From Vulcanimicrobiota bacterium (GTDB lineage: Bacteria > Vulcanimicrobiota > Vulcanimicrobiia > Vulcanimicrobiales > Vulcanimicrobiaceae): 46,436 bases of DNA. Made by a program: the position numbers and the translations under genes. Shown here piece by piece: positions 44,359 to 46,436 of this stretch (positions are counted from its first letter, which is position 1; every line of letters begins with the position of its first letter). The stretch covers positions 1 to 46,436 of the forward strand of contig JBEPVY010000001.1 in the NCBI GenBank assembly GCA_041690835.1. The letters are read 5' to 3'. The notes beneath the pieces were generated by a model that was not told where the DNA came from, did not search any database, and saw only the letters and a program-made list of their open reading frames with translations.

Positions 44359-44598
44359 ATGGCTACTGGACTCACCCCTAAGCACGACGAGCTCTTCGTC
44401 GTGCGGATATGGAACGAACCGTCCCAATACGCCTCGACCTGGCGCGCCTCGGTCACTCACGTCGCGACCCGCGAATGCCGCTACCTGATGAGCTACGCCG
44501 AGCTGTGCGAGTTCTTGGACCGTTGGCGCAGCAAGGTGACGGCCTTGGGTGACGCCGCTCGTGCCGAGGCCCTTTCGAGCCGGGGCGTCGCCCGGTAG
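44359..44598 (+). CDS. Small hypothetical protein (79 aa)
   Basis: MATGLTPKHDELFVVRIWNEPSQYASTWRASVTHVATRECRYLMSYAELCEFLDRW... G/C-rich third positions. The FVVR.W.E...WR..V.HV...E.RY......L..FL pattern recurs in small orphan proteins I have seen in GC-rich genomes. The SD is weak. Confidence 0.5.
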   Translation: MATGLTPKHDELFVVRIWNEPSQYASTWRASVTHVATRECRYLMSYAELCEFLDRWRSKVTALGDAARAEALSSRGVAR

Positions 44599-44623
44599 GC
44601 CGATTACCTCTCCGGCCCGTCCA

Positions 44624-46342
44624 CTACGGGAACAGCGCGATCGAATCCGTACCGGCCAAGCCCTGGAAGTACGTCGCCGTGCTCGCGCCCGTATAGGGGT
44701 TGAGGTACGACTGGATTTCCGCGAACGCGTAGTTGCAAACGTACAGAATTCCATCGCGATCTGGTACGGCGCACCCCGGATTCTGGGAGATGTTCAGAGA
44801 GCTGGTCGCGACGTTCGAACCGACCGGATAGATGTTCACAGCATGTGCGAACGGATCGGCCGCGATGATCCGGGCCGGGCCGCCGACCGAGGCGAGCGAG
44901 TACGGCTTACTGACCGGCGCCGCTGCGGTGCTTGCGATCGTGAGGACCGGCGTCGCCGCATTGAACGGTCGTGAGAATCGTTCGATCGATCCGCTGTTGG
45001 CGACGTAGAGATCGGCCGCGACGTTGGGCATGAAGAACAACACGTTCGGAGCTTGGAGGCCCTGCGCGATCGTCGTCGTCGGCGCTTGGTTGGCATACGG
45101 CGCGGGGTAGCCGGTGACCGTGTTGTTGAGCTGCTGGCCGATGAAAAGATCCCCGGAGACGGGATCGAAGGCGACGGGCACGGGCCCGTGCATCCCGATC
45201 GAGACGACGCCCGGCACGCCCGAATACGGATACGGATAGATCGTCACCGAGTTGCTTCCGAAGTTGGAGATCGCAAGACTGGTACCGGCACTGTCGGCTG
45301 CGAGCGCCTGCGGCTGACTGATACCGGTCGAGAGCGTCTGCGTAGGCGCACTCGCGAACGGATACGTATAGACGGTGACGGTATTGTTGCCGCTATTAGA
45401 GACGATGAGATTCCCGTAGGCATCGAAAATGGCGGCATTCGGTTGATCGACAGCGAGCGTCACCGTCGCAAGCGGACTATTGGGAACACCCAGCGACCAG
45501 ATCACGACCGAGTTGTTCGACCTGCTGGCGACGGCCATCACCTGATCCGGCTCGATGGTGAGCGAGGCGCTACAGACCGCACCGGCGAGCACGCAGGTGG
45601 GCGCGTTCGCCGTTGCGTTTATGGTCAGCGGGTTGGTGCGCCCGAACCCGGGAGAGGTCGCGGTGATGGTCGCACCATTGATGGCGACATTGGTCCACGC
45701 GTTGCCGCTATTGACGAAGGTCGCGGCGTCGCCCGGCGCCCCCGGGCCGACGATCGCCGCACCGGTCGCATCGCGCGTGATGATCGAGATCGTCATCGCC
45801 GTGTTCGGCGTCACCGAACGATAGGTCGCCGTCTGCTTCACCAGCGTCCCTACCGACGGAACCAAGTCGAAGGAGGCAGGAACGCCGTCGAGCACGGCGT
45901 TCGCAACGCTATTCGCTCCGGAGACGATCGCGAGCGGAACCGCTTGGTTCTGCGAGAGCAGCGCGCCGCTCGGCTGACCGGCGACGAGCACGACCGAATA
46001 GGTCGCGACGCCGAGGGTATACGTACCGGGCGCGAGTGCGAACGTCAGCGTGCAGGTGAACCCGTTGACACCGGTCACGCAGCTCGGAGACGCGGAACTC
46101 AGGTTGGAGATGACGGTCTGACCGGCGGCCGTGCACGTTCCGCATCCGGTATTTGCGGTCGCGACCACCTCCACCGACTTGGTTCCGGGAGAGACGAACT
46201 GCGGTGTCTTCGAGCCCGCACCGCTGCCGGCGGCGTACGGCACGACGATCTGTAGCGAACCGCCACCGTTGCCGGCGATCGCGCCGGGTGTGGGCGGAAG
46301 CGTGTGTCCGGCGTTGCCGCCGGAGCATGCGGCGAGCATCAC
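44624..46342 (-). CDS. Surface or secreted protein: Ig-like N-terminal region plus beta-propeller repeats (YVTN/NHL-like); probable lipoprotein
   Basis: The 572-aa ORF has recurrent blade-like motifs (NNSVVIW, NNTVTVY, SNSVTIY, NNTVTGY, GSIERFS, HAVNIYP, FAEIQSY). A Cys in ..LILVVMLAAC/SGG looks like a lipobox. The hydrophobic core and basic n-region lie upstream of the first canonical start (GTG at 46342), so the true 5' end is probably near 46372 (see findings). Confidence 0.7.
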   Translation of the reverse strand: MMLAACSGGNAGHTLPPTPGAIAGNGGGSLQIVVPYAAGSGAGSKTPQFVSPGTKSVEVVATANTGCGTCTAAGQTVISNLSSASPSCVTGVNGFTCTLTFALAPGTYTLGVATYSVVLVAGQPSGALLSQNQAVPLAIVSGANSVANAVLDGVPASFDLVPSVGTLVKQTATYRSVTPNTAMTISIITRDATGAAIVGPGAPGDAATFVNSGNAWTNVAINGATITATSPGFGRTNPLTINATANAPTCVLAGAVCSASLTIEPDQVMAVASRSNNSVVIWSLGVPNSPLATVTLAVDQPNAAIFDAYGNLIVSNSGNNTVTVYTYPFASAPTQTLSTGISQPQALAADSAGTSLAISNFGSNSVTIYPYPYSGVPGVVSIGMHGPVPVAFDPVSGDLFIGQQLNNTVTGYPAPYANQAPTTTIAQGLQAPNVLFFMPNVAADLYVANSGSIERFSRPFNAATPVLTIASTAAAPVSKPYSLASVGGPARIIAADPFAHAVNIYPVGSNVATSSLNISQNPGCAVPDRDGILYVCNYAFAEIQSYLNPYTGASTATYFQGLAGTDSIALFP

Positions 46343-46436
46343 GACTAGGATGAGCGCGCGGCCGCGCGCGATGCGCGACGCGGTCGAGCGCGGTGAAAAC
46401 CGGGCGCGAAATTAAATATTGGGAAAGGGGGGGGTG

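Noticed and set aside
44261-44600. T-box leader upstream of proS
   Set aside because: The conserved T-box sequence (reverse complement ..CGCGGTACCACCC.. expected on the plus strand) is absent. Most of the region is occupied by a plausibly coding plus-strand ORF.

Overview
GC-rich, gene-dense chromosomal segment with about 42 supportable CDS. I recognised no rRNA, tRNA, CRISPR array, transposase or integrase. All family calls rest on motifs read by eye, because no BLAST or HMM search could be run.

Most of the window is housekeeping, arranged in long, tightly packed and often overlapping operons:
- Translation: rpsU, rpmE, prfA, prmC, proS.
- Metabolism: pyrG, leuCD, an O-acetylhomoserine sulfhydrylase, glpX, and a split glutaminase plus NAD synthetase next to cinA.
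- Envelope: floA-nfeD, a thioester-containing alpha-2-macroglobulin, an Amj-type flippase, an S8 lipoprotein protease, an M16 peptidase, and several glycosyltransferases, including a GT-C/GtrA/GT-C module.

Gene content and order point to a Terrabacteria-like, uncultured-type lineage. The evidence is the Bacillus-like rpsU-yqeY-nfeD-floA order, Amj, and lipoproteins with Gly-rich linkers. I cannot assign a taxon.

The best candidate for an undescribed system is a five-gene, translationally coupled plus-strand operon at 21788-26921. It encodes a CoA-binding protein, a LuxE-like acyl-protein synthetase, a LuxC-like acyl-CoA reductase, a class-III aminotransferase and a Gfo/Idh/MocA oxidoreductase. 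There is no luciferase gene, so I read it as a carboxylate to aldehyde to amine module.

Secondary observations:
- A dispersed 35-39 nt REP/MITE-like repeat family, with three copies, two of them forming a long hairpin.
- An essentially leaderless rpmE behind a near-consensus extended -10 box.
- An unexplained 200-nt prfA-prmC spacer.
- Possible anti-SD pairing upstream of rpsU.
- A surface beta-propeller gene whose lipoprotein signal peptide has no canonical start codon.

Many long ORFs in the supplied track are Arg/Gly/Asp-rich shadow frames typical of high-GC DNA, and I rejected them.
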